A stretch of DNA of 64,000 bases from Thermoanaerobaculia bacterium (GCA_963666565.1 OY762911.1:3584001-3648000), one strand, 5' to 3'; numbered from the stretch's first letter, positions 55,751-64,000 are shown. Translations and numbers: made by a program. The notes: generated by a model not told the origin, from the sequence alone.

Positions 55751-57219
55751 CTCTCCGTCCCTCCCTTCTCCGCAAGGCCGCCGACTGGGTGCGCCGGCGT
55801 CCCCGCCGGCTGCCGCCGAAGGCGGCTGGACTGGCGCGCCGGCCGCAAGGCCGGCTCCTCTCCGAGGACCGCCAGCGATCTGCCGACGGCCCCTTCCAGT
55901 TCCGCGAGGCCGATCAGGTAGTCGGCCCTTGCCCGGTCGGTCGCCGTCTGCGCCTCGAACAGGACGTGCTCGGCGTCGAACAGGTCGAGCGTGTTGAGCG
56001 AACCGGCGATGTATCCGGCCTCCGCCGACTCCAGCGCCTCCTCGGCCTGCACCACCAGCAGATCCTCCAGCAGCCGCAGCCGTCTCCAGGCCAGCGGCAG
56101 CCGCTGCGTCAGGTCGCCCACCTCCGACTCGACGGCCAGTTCCGCGGCACGCCGCTCATCGACCGCGTGGGAACGCAGTTCGAGCGCCTCCTGTACCGCC
56201 GCCGCCCGGCTGCGCCGGCGCAGCGGCAGCGTGACGCCGCCGCGTATGCCGAACACGTCGTTCCCGTTGCCGGCCGGGGCCAGCAGGCGGGCGGCCTCGT
56301 CGTCGCGCGGGGTCACCAGCGTGTACGTGACGCCGACGTTGAAGTCGGGTTTCCTGGCCATCCGGGCCAGGCCTTCCAGCGTTTCTGCCCGGGCGAGTCC
56401 GGCCTCCGCCGCGCGCAGCTCCGGCCGCGACGATCGCGCCAGAGCCGCGAGGCTCCCGGCCTCCAACGCCGCTTCCTCGATTGCTACCAGCAGGGAACTT
56501 CTCGCGACCGGCGCAGCGGCAGGCCGGTCCCGCAACGAGTTGAGCCGCGCGCGCAGGGCGGCTTCACCGAGATCCAGATCGACGAGCGCCCGCTCGGCGC
56601 GCGTGATCTCTGCCTGCAGCTTGAGCACGGCCTGAGTCGAGCCCACGCCCGTCGCATACCGGGCCTGGGCGACCTCCTCGTGCTGGACGAGGTGCTCCAG
56701 GAAGGTCTCGGCCGTCTCCCTCGAGCGGTCGAGAAACGCCAGCTCGTGGTAGAGCCGCCTGACCTCGGTGACCAGGCGTAGCCGATCCGCCTGCACGCCG
56801 TGCTCCAGCGCGACCGCACCGTGAACCGCCGCTTCCTCCCGCAGATCCAGCTTGGCCAGCCACGGCAGCGGCTGGCTGTAACCGAGCATGAGCCGCTGCG
56901 GCCCGACTCGTGTTTCCGGCGGAGCGAGGAAAGCGGTCGCCTCCGCCATCGGTTCGGGCAGGGAGGCGACCTGGGGCGCTTTCTGCGCCGCCGCCCGCGC
57001 CCTGGCGAAACCAGCCCTGAGGCCCGGATTCCGCTCCAGCGTCTCCTCGACGAGCGCGCGCAGCGCTTCATCAGCGATTCCCTGGGCGACGCGGTCCGCC
57101 GGCGCCCGGTCCGGAAGGGCGCTCAACCCGTCCGCTTGGCCGGTCTCGGCCATCGATGTTCCTGCCCAGCCGACCGTCAGCAGGACGGCGGCGAGCAGCC
57201 AAGGCGTATGTCGAACCAT
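55747..57219 (-). CDS. TolC/CusC family outer membrane efflux protein
   Basis: Signal peptide, ERNPGL, SRPEL, two OEP repeats; ATGA overlap with the adaptor gene. Confidence 0.92.
   Translation of the reverse strand: MVRHTPWLLAAVLLTVGWAGTSMAETGQADGLSALPDRAPADRVAQGIADEALRALVEETLERNPGLRAGFARARAAAQKAPQVASLPEPMAEATAFLAPPETRVGPQRLMLGYSQPLPWLAKLDLREEAAVHGAVALEHGVQADRLRLVTEVRRLYHELAFLDRSRETAETFLEHLVQHEEVAQARYATGVGSTQAVLKLQAEITRAERALVDLDLGEAALRARLNSLRDRPAAAPVARSSLLVAIEEAALEAGSLAALARSSRPELRAAEAGLARAETLEGLARMARKPDFNVGVTYTLVTPRDDEAARLLAPAGNGNDVFGIRGGVTLPLRRRSRAAAVQEALELRSHAVDERRAAELAVESEVGDLTQRLPLAWRRLRLLEDLLVVQAEEALESAEAGYIAGSLNTLDLFDAEHVLFEAQTATDRARADYLIGLAELEGAVGRSLAVLGEEPALRPARQSSRLRRQPAGTPAHPVGGLAEKGGTER
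55787..55826. repeat. REP-like family B unit plus satellite hairpin inside the tolC 3' end
   Basis: GGGTGC-GCCGGCG-TCCC-CGCCGGC followed by GCCGCC-GAA-GGCGGC. Confidence 0.82.
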
Positions 57220-57302
57220 CTGATTCCTCCGCGGAAACGTGTTCTCCGCGGCCGCCCGCTTCCGGGGGCGACCGCTCCGACTCGCTTCAGCGGAGGATCA
57301 GA
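57219..57302 (-). promoter_or_regulatory. Predicted RBS-sequestering stem (translational attenuator)
   Basis: On the minus strand, TCTGATCCTCCGC (57302-57290, containing the leader stop codon) is complementary to GCGGAGGA(A)TCAGA (57232-57219, containing the RBS and the A of AUG). Confidence 0.65.
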
Positions 57303-57663
57303 GCAACAGGGCCGAGTACAACCTGTAGCGCGGGACAGCGGGCGGCGGGTCTCCGTCGCAGGCGAGCACCGCGGCCGCGAGGCCACGGCTTTCAGGCGCG
57401 TCCGGCGCCGTGCCGACCAGGGCAGGCGGGTCGATGTCGGCGGCGGAGCCAGGGAGAATCCCGGCCGTAGCGGGATCGACGGACTCCGCGGCGCAGCAGC
57501 CCGTCATCACCATCTCGGTGTGCCCGCAGGACGCCGCCTCATGGGCCGCCTGCATGGTGCAGGGGTCCTCGGACGCGGCGAGCGAGACACACATTCCGGC
57601 CACCGGCGCCGCCAGGACGGCAAGCGCCAGGAACGAACCCGCAAGCCTGAAGGTAGTGCTCAT
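57298..57663 (-). CDS. Small exported Cys/Met/His-rich protein with C-terminal PPP motif (candidate regulatory leader)
   Basis: Signal peptide, C..C..H..CGH..M.M.GCC, DPPPAVPRYRLYSALLL*; TACAAT lies 7 nt upstream of the ATG. Confidence 0.75.
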   Translation of the reverse strand: MSTTFRLAGSFLALAVLAAPVAGMCVSLAASEDPCTMQAAHEAASCGHTEMVMTGCCAAESVDPATAGILPGSAADIDPPALVGTAPDAPESRGLAAAVLACDGDPPPAVPRYRLYSALLL

Positions 57664-57821
57664 CGCGACTATTGTACGCCTTTCACTCGGTTCGGCCATA
57701 CTCCGGCCATTCCCCGCAACCCGGTTGGCGCGACCCGCGCCAACCGCGTCTCAGTCCGTGCGCCCGTCATCGGGCGCACGGATGACACGCACGCCACCCC
57801 GTCCAGATTCCGGAGGTCTCG

Positions 57822-58925
57822 ATGATTGCTCCCCACGCCCTGACCCGCACCGCCCTGACGCGCCGCGGCTTTCTGCACACGACCGGCGCCCTGGCCGGCG
57901 CGTTGGCGCTGCCCGGTCTCGCCCGCGGCGCCGATGTCCGGCCGGCGCCCGGCATGCCGGCGCCCCGGTTCGTGCAGACGAACGGCATCCGCATGGCGGT
58001 CTACGAACAGGGCTCGGGGCTTCCAGTCGTCCTCTGCCACGGCTTCCCCGAACTCGCGTTCTCCTGGCGATTCCAGCTTCCGGCGCTCGCCGAAGCGGGA
58101 TTCCGCGCCATCGCCCCCGATCAACGCGGATACGGCCTGACCGACCGCCCGAAGGACGTCGCGGAGTACAGCCTGAGGCACCTCTGCGACGACATGGCGG
58201 GGATGCTCGACGCGCTCGAGATCGACAAGGCCGTCTTCGTCGGCCACGACTGGGGCGGAGGGGTCGTCTGGATGATGGCGCGGCTGCATCCGGACCGCTG
58301 TCTAGGCATCGTCGGCGTGAACACGCCGGGCGGACGGCCTCCCGGCATGCCCCGCCGGCAGCCGACCGAGGAGCCCCTGATCGTCCGGTCCGAGAACTAC
58401 TACACGGTCCAGTTCCAGGAGCCCGGCCGGGCCGAGAAGGCTCTCTCCGCCGACGTGCGCAAGTCCTTCGAGATGCTGCTGCGGCGCGGCTACATCTGGG
58501 ACGTTGAGGCGTTCAAGGCGATGCCGGCGGACTCACCCGAACGGCAGATGGACCTGCTCCGGATGCTGGACCGGGAGGACTACCCCGGCGAAGTGTTCCT
58601 GTCCGAGGAGGCCCTGGACTACTTCACGGAGACCTTCGAGACCACCGGCTTCACCGGCGGCCTCAACTGGTACCGCATGGCGGGAAGGCCCTTCCCGGGC
58701 ATCGAGAACGCGAAGTGGGAGATCGACGTGCCGTGCCTCTACATCGGCGCCGAGAACGACGTCATCCTCCGGCCCTCCTCCGCCGACGGCATGGAGGACT
58801 TCATCGACGACTTCGAGAAGTACACCGTCATGGACTGCGGCCACTGGACCCAGCAGGAGAAGCCGGAAGAGACGAACCGGGTGCTGATCGACTGGCTGCG
58901 GCGAAAGATCGCGCAGACCGCGTAG
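57822..58925 (+). CDS. Tat-exported alpha/beta hydrolase (epoxide hydrolase-like)
   Basis: TRRGFL, HGFPE, DQRGYG, GHDWG (Asp nucleophile), LNWYR, CGHWTQQE. Confidence 0.93.
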   Translation: MIAPHALTRTALTRRGFLHTTGALAGALALPGLARGADVRPAPGMPAPRFVQTNGIRMAVYEQGSGLPVVLCHGFPELAFSWRFQLPALAEAGFRAIAPDQRGYGLTDRPKDVAEYSLRHLCDDMAGMLDALEIDKAVFVGHDWGGGVVWMMARLHPDRCLGIVGVNTPGGRPPGMPRRQPTEEPLIVRSENYYTVQFQEPGRAEKALSADVRKSFEMLLRRGYIWDVEAFKAMPADSPERQMDLLRMLDREDYPGEVFLSEEALDYFTETFETTGFTGGLNWYRMAGRPFPGIENAKWEIDVPCLYIGAENDVILRPSSADGMEDFIDDFEKYTVMDCGHWTQQEKPEETNRVLIDWLRRKIAQTA

Positions 58926-58934
58926 CTACACACT

Positions 58935-58958
58935 GGGTGCGCCGACGTCCCCGTCGGC
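58935..58958. repeat. REP-like family B unit with compensatory change
   Basis: GGGTGC-GCCGACG-TCCC-CGTCGGC: a G-C pair is replaced by A-T. Confidence 0.8.
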
Positions 58959-59007
58959 ATCCAACGAGCCGCGGAGCGGCGAGGAAGGTGGTGACCCGAG
59001 CCGCCTC

Positions 59008-59964
59008 CTACTCGCCGACACGTTCCCACGTCAGAGCGTCCTGGACCGATCCCCCATCGACTTCGCGAGCCGGCGGCTTCAGTGTCAGGGTGCCGTCCCC
59101 GAACTCGTAGCCGCGCCGTGCGTCCGAGCCGATACAGCCGGGGAACCAGCAACCGGGCCGCTGGTGGACGACGAATCCCTCGTCCGCGTGGATCGTGTAC
59201 GGCCCGAAGTAGCTGACGTAGCTGCTCATCGCGGCGGCGGCCTCCTCCGCCGTCGGGCGGCCGTCGGCGAAGAGCTCCCGGCCCGGACGGACCAGGTGAA
59301 CCGCCATGTGGCCGGAGGCCGTGTAGACAATGAAGCCGTCCTCGTAGGTCCGTTGCACCGGCAGCGCCGCGCCCGAGTCGTCGGTGCGGTCCAGCCGCGC
59401 GAACTCCCAGAAGCCGATGAAGCGGCGGTGCTCGTCCGTGAGTTCGGCCAGGTCGGACAGCCGCGTCCAGGTCAGCCGCACGACGCCGCCGTCGGCGCCG
59501 GCGGGTGGCTGCAGAGTCAGGCGGTCCTCCTCGAATTCGTAGTGACGGACGTAGTCCGAGCCGGCGCCGCGCGGGTTCATGCTCGCCCGCAGGTGGTGGG
59601 TGACGGTGCCCGCCTCCGGGTCCACCGTGAAACCGCCGAAGTAGGACGTGTACGACCGGTAGGCCGCCAGGATCTCCTCGGGTGTCGCCTCGTCACCCGC
59701 ATACGGCGCCTGATCGGCGCCCTGGATGACGACACCCATCGTTCCGGCCGGGTCGTACATGATGAAGCCGGTCGACGACTCGTTGCGCGAAAGCTCTTCG
59801 CCTTCGCCCGAGTAGCGGACGATCGACGCGAGCTCCCAGGCGCCGTGAAACGGCGCGCCCGGGTCGTCGGCCGCGGCCGGGGCCGGCGACTGGTCGGCGG
59901 GGGGACTGGCACAGCCACCAAGCAACAGGGCGACGCCGGCAAGGGCACAGTGAATCGAACGCAT
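59008..59964 (-). CDS. Lipoprotein with two tandem lipocalin-like (Lipocalin_5) domains
   Basis: Lipobox LGGC; duplicated GxW...GFIxY...GxM...SYxSYFG...LTL...LTW pattern. Confidence 0.87.
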   Translation of the reverse strand: MRSIHCALAGVALLLGGCASPPADQSPAPAAADDPGAPFHGAWELASIVRYSGEGEELSRNESSTGFIMYDPAGTMGVVIQGADQAPYAGDEATPEEILAAYRSYTSYFGGFTVDPEAGTVTHHLRASMNPRGAGSDYVRHYEFEEDRLTLQPPAGADGGVVRLTWTRLSDLAELTDEHRRFIGFWEFARLDRTDDSGAALPVQRTYEDGFIVYTASGHMAVHLVRPGRELFADGRPTAEEAAAAMSSYVSYFGPYTIHADEGFVVHQRPGCWFPGCIGSDARRGYEFGDGTLTLKPPAREVDGGSVQDALTWERVGE

Positions 59965-59966
59965 GG

Positions 59967-61499
59967 TCAGGATCCTCCCAAGTCAGTGGCATCGGCATCC
60001 GGGAACCGCCAGTTCGGCGGCGGCTCGAATCCTTCCATGCCCTCGCCGAAGGACCCCACCGGGTTCGGCGGTTGCAGGGCGCGGAATCCCCGGGCCTTCT
60101 CGAGGAGACGCGCCGCCACGTCCGGATGGTCCGTAACCAGGTTCCGTTCTTCGAAGGGATCCTCCTCGATCCGGTACAGAAGCTGCTCGGACGCCGGCGC
60201 CGATCCGGGTCGGTCGAGCGGCGGGCCGATGACGACGAGCTTCCAGGCGCCCGACATCACCGACACTTGCTCCCGCTCCGGGTTCTTCTGGCCGACGAAG
60301 GAGTACAGGTCGCGCGCCGGTCCGTCCACGTCCGCGCCGGCGAGCACGTCGCGGACGTCCCGGCCGTCGAGCTCCTTGCCGCCGTGGTCGTTCAAGCCGG
60401 CGACGCCCATCAGGGTCGGCAGGATGTCGATGTAGGCGACCGGCGGCTTCACGCGGCCGCCGCCCGAGATGCCGCCCGCCGGCCAGCGCGCCGCCGCGGC
60501 GACGCGCGTGCCGCCCTCGAACACCGTGCTCTTCGTGCCCCGGTAAGGCCCGTTGTCAGCGGCGCCGAGGCCGCCGCCGTTGTCGCTGAAGAAGAGGACG
60601 AGAGTGTTCTCCGCGATGCCGCGATCGTCCAGCGCCCGAAGAATGCGACCCACGCCCTCGTCCAGCGCGTGGACCATCGCGGCGTGGACGCGACGGTCTT
60701 CGCGGCGCTGCTCCTCCGGCGGCAGAGGCCAGCCGGCGGTGACTTCCTCCCAACTGCGCGGCGGCTCGACGGCGTCGAGGTGCGCGTAGCGCGGCAGGTC
60801 CTCCGCCTTGGCCTGCAGCGGAGAGTGGGCCGCGTTGAACGGAACGTAGAGGAAGAACGGCGCCTCGCCGCTCGCGTGCCGGTCGATGAACCGGACCGCG
60901 TGCTCGGCCACCAGGTCCGTGACGTAGCCCTCTTCGTCAGCCGGCTGGTAGCCGTGAAACCAGTCCCGTTCTCCGAACCGCGCCTTCGTGAAGTAGTCGA
61001 TCGACGTGTTGTGACCGACGAACTCCGTGAAGCCGCGCCGCAGCGGGTGGTGCTCCCGGCGGACGTGGCCCAGATGCCACTTGCCGAAGACGGCTCGGTG
61101 CTCATAGCCGGCCCTTGCCAGCACCTCGGGCAGGGTGACCTCCGCGGTGTCCAGCCCGAAGTCCTGCCAGGGTGCGATGACGTTCCGCATCAGCCCGTAG
61201 CGAATGGGATAGCGGCCAGTCATCAAACCCGCCCGGGTCGGCGAGCAGATGGGCGCCGTGTAGAACCGATCGATCAGCACCCCCTCGGCGGCGATCCGGT
61301 CGATGTTCGGGGTCGCGATCTCGCCGCCGTGGAAGCTGACGTCGTGGCGGCCGAGATCGTCGGGGACGATGAGGACGATGTTGGGGAGAGGCGCTGAGGC
61401 CGGCGCCACCGGCGTCAGCGAGTCGTCGCAAGCGGCGACAAGGAGCGTCGCGGCGACCGCCAGGGACGCCTGGAAGAGACGGACCGAAGGGCGGAGCAC
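59967..61499 (-). CDS. Arylsulfatase (formylglycine-dependent, S1), lipoprotein
   Basis: PNIVLIVPDDLG, CSPTRAGLMTGRY (CxPxR), GKWHLG, SDNG. Confidence 0.95.
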   Translation of the reverse strand: MLRPSVRLFQASLAVAATLLVAACDDSLTPVAPASAPLPNIVLIVPDDLGRHDVSFHGGEIATPNIDRIAAEGVLIDRFYTAPICSPTRAGLMTGRYPIRYGLMRNVIAPWQDFGLDTAEVTLPEVLARAGYEHRAVFGKWHLGHVRREHHPLRRGFTEFVGHNTSIDYFTKARFGERDWFHGYQPADEEGYVTDLVAEHAVRFIDRHASGEAPFFLYVPFNAAHSPLQAKAEDLPRYAHLDAVEPPRSWEEVTAGWPLPPEEQRREDRRVHAAMVHALDEGVGRILRALDDRGIAENTLVLFFSDNGGGLGAADNGPYRGTKSTVFEGGTRVAAAARWPAGGISGGGRVKPPVAYIDILPTLMGVAGLNDHGGKELDGRDVRDVLAGADVDGPARDLYSFVGQKNPEREQVSVMSGAWKLVVIGPPLDRPGSAPASEQLLYRIEEDPFEERNLVTDHPDVAARLLEKARGFRALQPPNPVGSFGEGMEGFEPPPNWRFPDADATDLGGS

Positions 61500-61582
61500 G
61501 ATCCGTCTAGGTTACACACGGAGGTACGCCGCATCGCCCGGAACAATGCGGACGCCGGCCTCTGGCCGGCGACTTTGTTGAC

Positions 61583-61650
61583 GCCGCCTTCGGCGGCAGC
61601 GGGTCAGAAGACCCGCGCACCGGCCGGCGCACCGGCGCACCGGCGCACCC
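61583..61650. repeat. REP-like family A unit (61599-61621) with satellite hairpin and reiterated GCGCACC tail
   Basis: GCCGCC-TTC-GGCGGC, then GCGGGTCAGAAGACCCGCGCACC, then three more GGCGCACC. Confidence 0.85.
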
Positions 61651-61655
61651 AGTGT

Positions 61656-62813
61656 TTACGCTTCGCGGAGGAGATCGGTGATCTTCTGCCGCGAGGCGCC
61701 GAACGCCGGCAGCAGACCGCCAAGGACGCCGGTCACCGTGGCCAGGAAGATGCCCGAGAAGAGGGCGAACGGCGTCGTTCGCAACTGGAACGTGATCTCG
61801 CTGAAGGTCACCTGGTTCATCGTGCCGGTCTGGATCGCGTTGAGCGGCAGGGACAGCAGGGCGCCGAAGCCGCCCGCGACTACTCCGAGCAGCACGGCTT
61901 CCAGGAAGAAGCTGCCCATGATCGAGCGCCGCTTGAAACCGAGGGCGCGCAGCGTGCCGATCTCGCGGGCCCGCGCGGCGACCTGCGCGTACATCGTGTT
62001 CGCCGCAGCGAAGCAGGCGCCGATCGCCATCAGCACAGCCAGCACGTTGCCGAGGACGATGAACTGACCCGATGACGTTTCCGACTGGAGCTCGTAGTAC
62101 TCGGGTTCCGTCAGGGCCTGCACATGGAGCCGCTGGTCGGCCTTGACCGTCTCGATCAGGTCGCTCGCCGCGGCCGGAGACGCGGCCTGTAGCCGGGTCG
62201 AGGAGTAGAAGCCGCTGCGGCGGAACGAGTCGCCCAGATCGCGGTAGTCGCCCCAGATCTCGGAGCCGTGGGCGCCCACGCCGGCGAACGTGCCGACGAC
62301 GCGGAACGTGTTCCGGCCCAGTTCGCGCTCGTCGCCGACCCGCAGGCCGAGCCGCCCGGCCAGGCTGCGGCCGACGACGATCTCGCCGCGACCCGGCTCG
62401 AAGACCCGGCCCTCGGTGATCTCGAAGCCCGGCCGGAGGGCGAACGCTCCGGGCTCGACGCCGCGGACCATCACGTTCGTCTCGGTGCCGTCGATCCGCT
62501 TGAAGATCTGGATCGTCACGGTTTCACCGGAAGCCATCACCGCGCCGTCGGCCGTTCGCTCGACGCCGGGCATGGCGGTCAGCAGGCGGTGGCTCTCCTG
62601 CGCGTAGGAACTCTCCATCTCGGCGCGGGTGCCGTCCCGCATCACGATGACGACGGAAGGGTCCCCGGTGTCCGCGAACGCGGCCCGCAGGCCGCCGGCG
62701 AGGGCGAGCACGCCGATGTAGACCAGGACGACGAAGCCGATCGAGGCGAGGGTCATGAACGCCACGCCACGCCGCTCGAACAGGTTGCGGTAGGTGTACT
62801 TGATCGGGATCAT
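61656..62813 (-). CDS. ABC transporter permease (MacB/FtsX family)
   Basis: ANTMY..RAREIGTLRALGF; 4 TM helices plus periplasmic domain. Confidence 0.93.
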   Translation of the reverse strand: MIPIKYTYRNLFERRGVAFMTLASIGFVVLVYIGVLALAGGLRAAFADTGDPSVVIVMRDGTRAEMESSYAQESHRLLTAMPGVERTADGAVMASGETVTIQIFKRIDGTETNVMVRGVEPGAFALRPGFEITEGRVFEPGRGEIVVGRSLAGRLGLRVGDERELGRNTFRVVGTFAGVGAHGSEIWGDYRDLGDSFRRSGFYSSTRLQAASPAAASDLIETVKADQRLHVQALTEPEYYELQSETSSGQFIVLGNVLAVLMAIGACFAAANTMYAQVAARAREIGTLRALGFKRRSIMGSFFLEAVLLGVVAGGFGALLSLPLNAIQTGTMNQVTFSEITFQLRTTPFALFSGIFLATVTGVLGGLLPAFGASRQKITDLLREA

Positions 62814-62841
62814 GCTGCCTCCTCGCGCATGCCGCTCATCG

Positions 62842-63987
62842 TCAGAGCCGCCTCAGTCCGTCGACGATCTTGAGCCTTGCCGCCGCCACCGCCGGGAAGA
62901 CGCCGCTCAAGAGCCCCACCGAGATGCCGATCGTGACCGCCGTAACCAGCACCTGGGCATCGAGCGCGAAGCCGCCGAAGCCGAAGCCCATCTGCTCCAG
63001 GAACGGCGTCGCGCCCCGAATCGCGACCGCCGTGAAGCCGAGACCGAGCGCGGAGCCCAGCACGCCGACCGCGAGCGACTCGCCGATCACCATGCCCAGT
63101 ACCTGGTTGCGCCGGAAGCCCAGGGTGCGGAGCACGGAGACCTCGGTGGTTCGTTCGCGCGCCGCCATCGCCATCGTGTTCGCGGTGATCAGGAAGATGG
63201 AGATGACGATCGCGAGCCCGATCATCGAGAAAAAGAACTGGATGTTGCCCAGCATCTCCGTAAACGAGGCCGCGAACGCCTCGGCGGTCTCCGCCCGCAC
63301 CTGGTTGTCCGAGTTCTCGAACATCGCCTCGGCGGCGGCGATCACCGCGGGCGCACCCTCCGGGTCGTCGAGCCGCAGCCAGTACGTGCCGTTCTGGCCC
63401 GGGTTGCCCATCGCCTCCTCCACGTAGCGCCGGTGGAAGAAGATCTGGCGCTCCTGGCCCGGCTCGTCGAACTCGAAGATCGCGCGCAACTGAAGCTCCA
63501 CGTCGACAGGGAAGATGTCGCCCTTGATCGTGATGATGTCGCCGATCGACCATCCCTGGATCTCGGTCAGCTCGCGGCCGGCGGCGAAGGCGGTGCGCTG
63601 CGCCGCGAACGCCTCGTACTCCTCCTCGTTCCAGGCGTAGTCGTAGAAGACGCTGCGGAAGGTCTCCGGATCGACCGTGAAGCGGGGGAAGAAGTTCTCG
63701 GGGCGCTGGTCCTTGTAGACGCCCTGGAACCAGTTCTGGGGCGTCACCGCGATTACGTTGTCGATCGTCCGAAGCCGCTGCTCGTACGCCTCGGGCAACG
63801 GGAAGGTCAGCGAGATCGCGTTGCGCACGACCAGCCGGTCCTGGAAGTCCGACTCGTCGGCGAAGCTCAACGCGTCGTTGACCACGCCCAGCAGCGAGAG
63901 GATGAACAGCGCCATCGCCAGGCTGGCCATGGTCAGGAAGGTGCGGCGCTTGTTGCGCAGCAGGTTGCGTCGAATCAGCTTGATCAT
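62842..63987 (-). CDS. ABC transporter permease (MacB/FtsX family)
   Basis: RNLLRNKRRTFLT, ANTMAMAARERTTEVSVLRTLGF. Confidence 0.93.
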   Translation of the reverse strand: MIKLIRRNLLRNKRRTFLTMASLAMALFILSLLGVVNDALSFADESDFQDRLVVRNAISLTFPLPEAYEQRLRTIDNVIAVTPQNWFQGVYKDQRPENFFPRFTVDPETFRSVFYDYAWNEEEYEAFAAQRTAFAAGRELTEIQGWSIGDIITIKGDIFPVDVELQLRAIFEFDEPGQERQIFFHRRYVEEAMGNPGQNGTYWLRLDDPEGAPAVIAAAEAMFENSDNQVRAETAEAFAASFTEMLGNIQFFFSMIGLAIVISIFLITANTMAMAARERTTEVSVLRTLGFRRNQVLGMVIGESLAVGVLGSALGLGFTAVAIRGATPFLEQMGFGFGGFALDAQVLVTAVTIGISVGLLSGVFPAVAAARLKIVDGLRRL

Positions 63988-64000
63988 GAGGCGGCGTCCC

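Noticed and set aside
2689-61397. Many long antisense or off-frame ORFs (e.g. 2689-5469+, 7971-10868-, 25219-27882-, 27402-30506+, 36937-40221+, 38204-41797-, 45511-48873+, 51026-54205-, 51121-54468+)
   Set aside because: Shadow ORFs typical of high-GC DNA: Arg/Gly/Pro-rich, no recognisable motifs, and overlapping well-supported genes

Overview
A very GC-rich bacterial chromosomal segment. The gene repertoire (CRTAC1/ASPIC-TPR pair, DUF1800-DUF1501, tandem DUF6644, three PQQ dehydrogenases, sulfatase and sulfotransferase, and a secreted nuclease with repeated Cys-bounded C-terminal domains) suggests an Acidobacteriota genome, possibly host- or sponge-associated; this is inference only. I call 46 real CDSs, one tRNA-Thr(CGT), a left-edge restriction-modification-like pair, a VapBC toxin-antitoxin module, an Mre11/SbcD plus membrane-anchored SMC-like ATPase pair, and a CusCBA-like metal efflux operon. 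I found no CRISPR array, rRNA, integrase or transposase. All family assignments come from motifs recognised by eye, not database searches. The most notable signals are non-coding or near-coding: (i) a Cys/His/Met-rich leader ORF with a C-terminal PPP motif, whose stop codon base-pairs with the RBS and AUG of the downstream efflux operon (candidate metal-sensing translational attenuator); (ii) two diverged copies of a ~175-nt element with ~34-bp covarying terminal stems; (iii) about 17 REP-like units of one architecture (GGGTGC plus a 7-4-7 hairpin) in three sequence variants, forming 138-bp REPIN-like doublets and reaching into coding sequence; (iv) an ~18-bp-period array of CTTCGACC motifs with variable spacers upstream of yghU.
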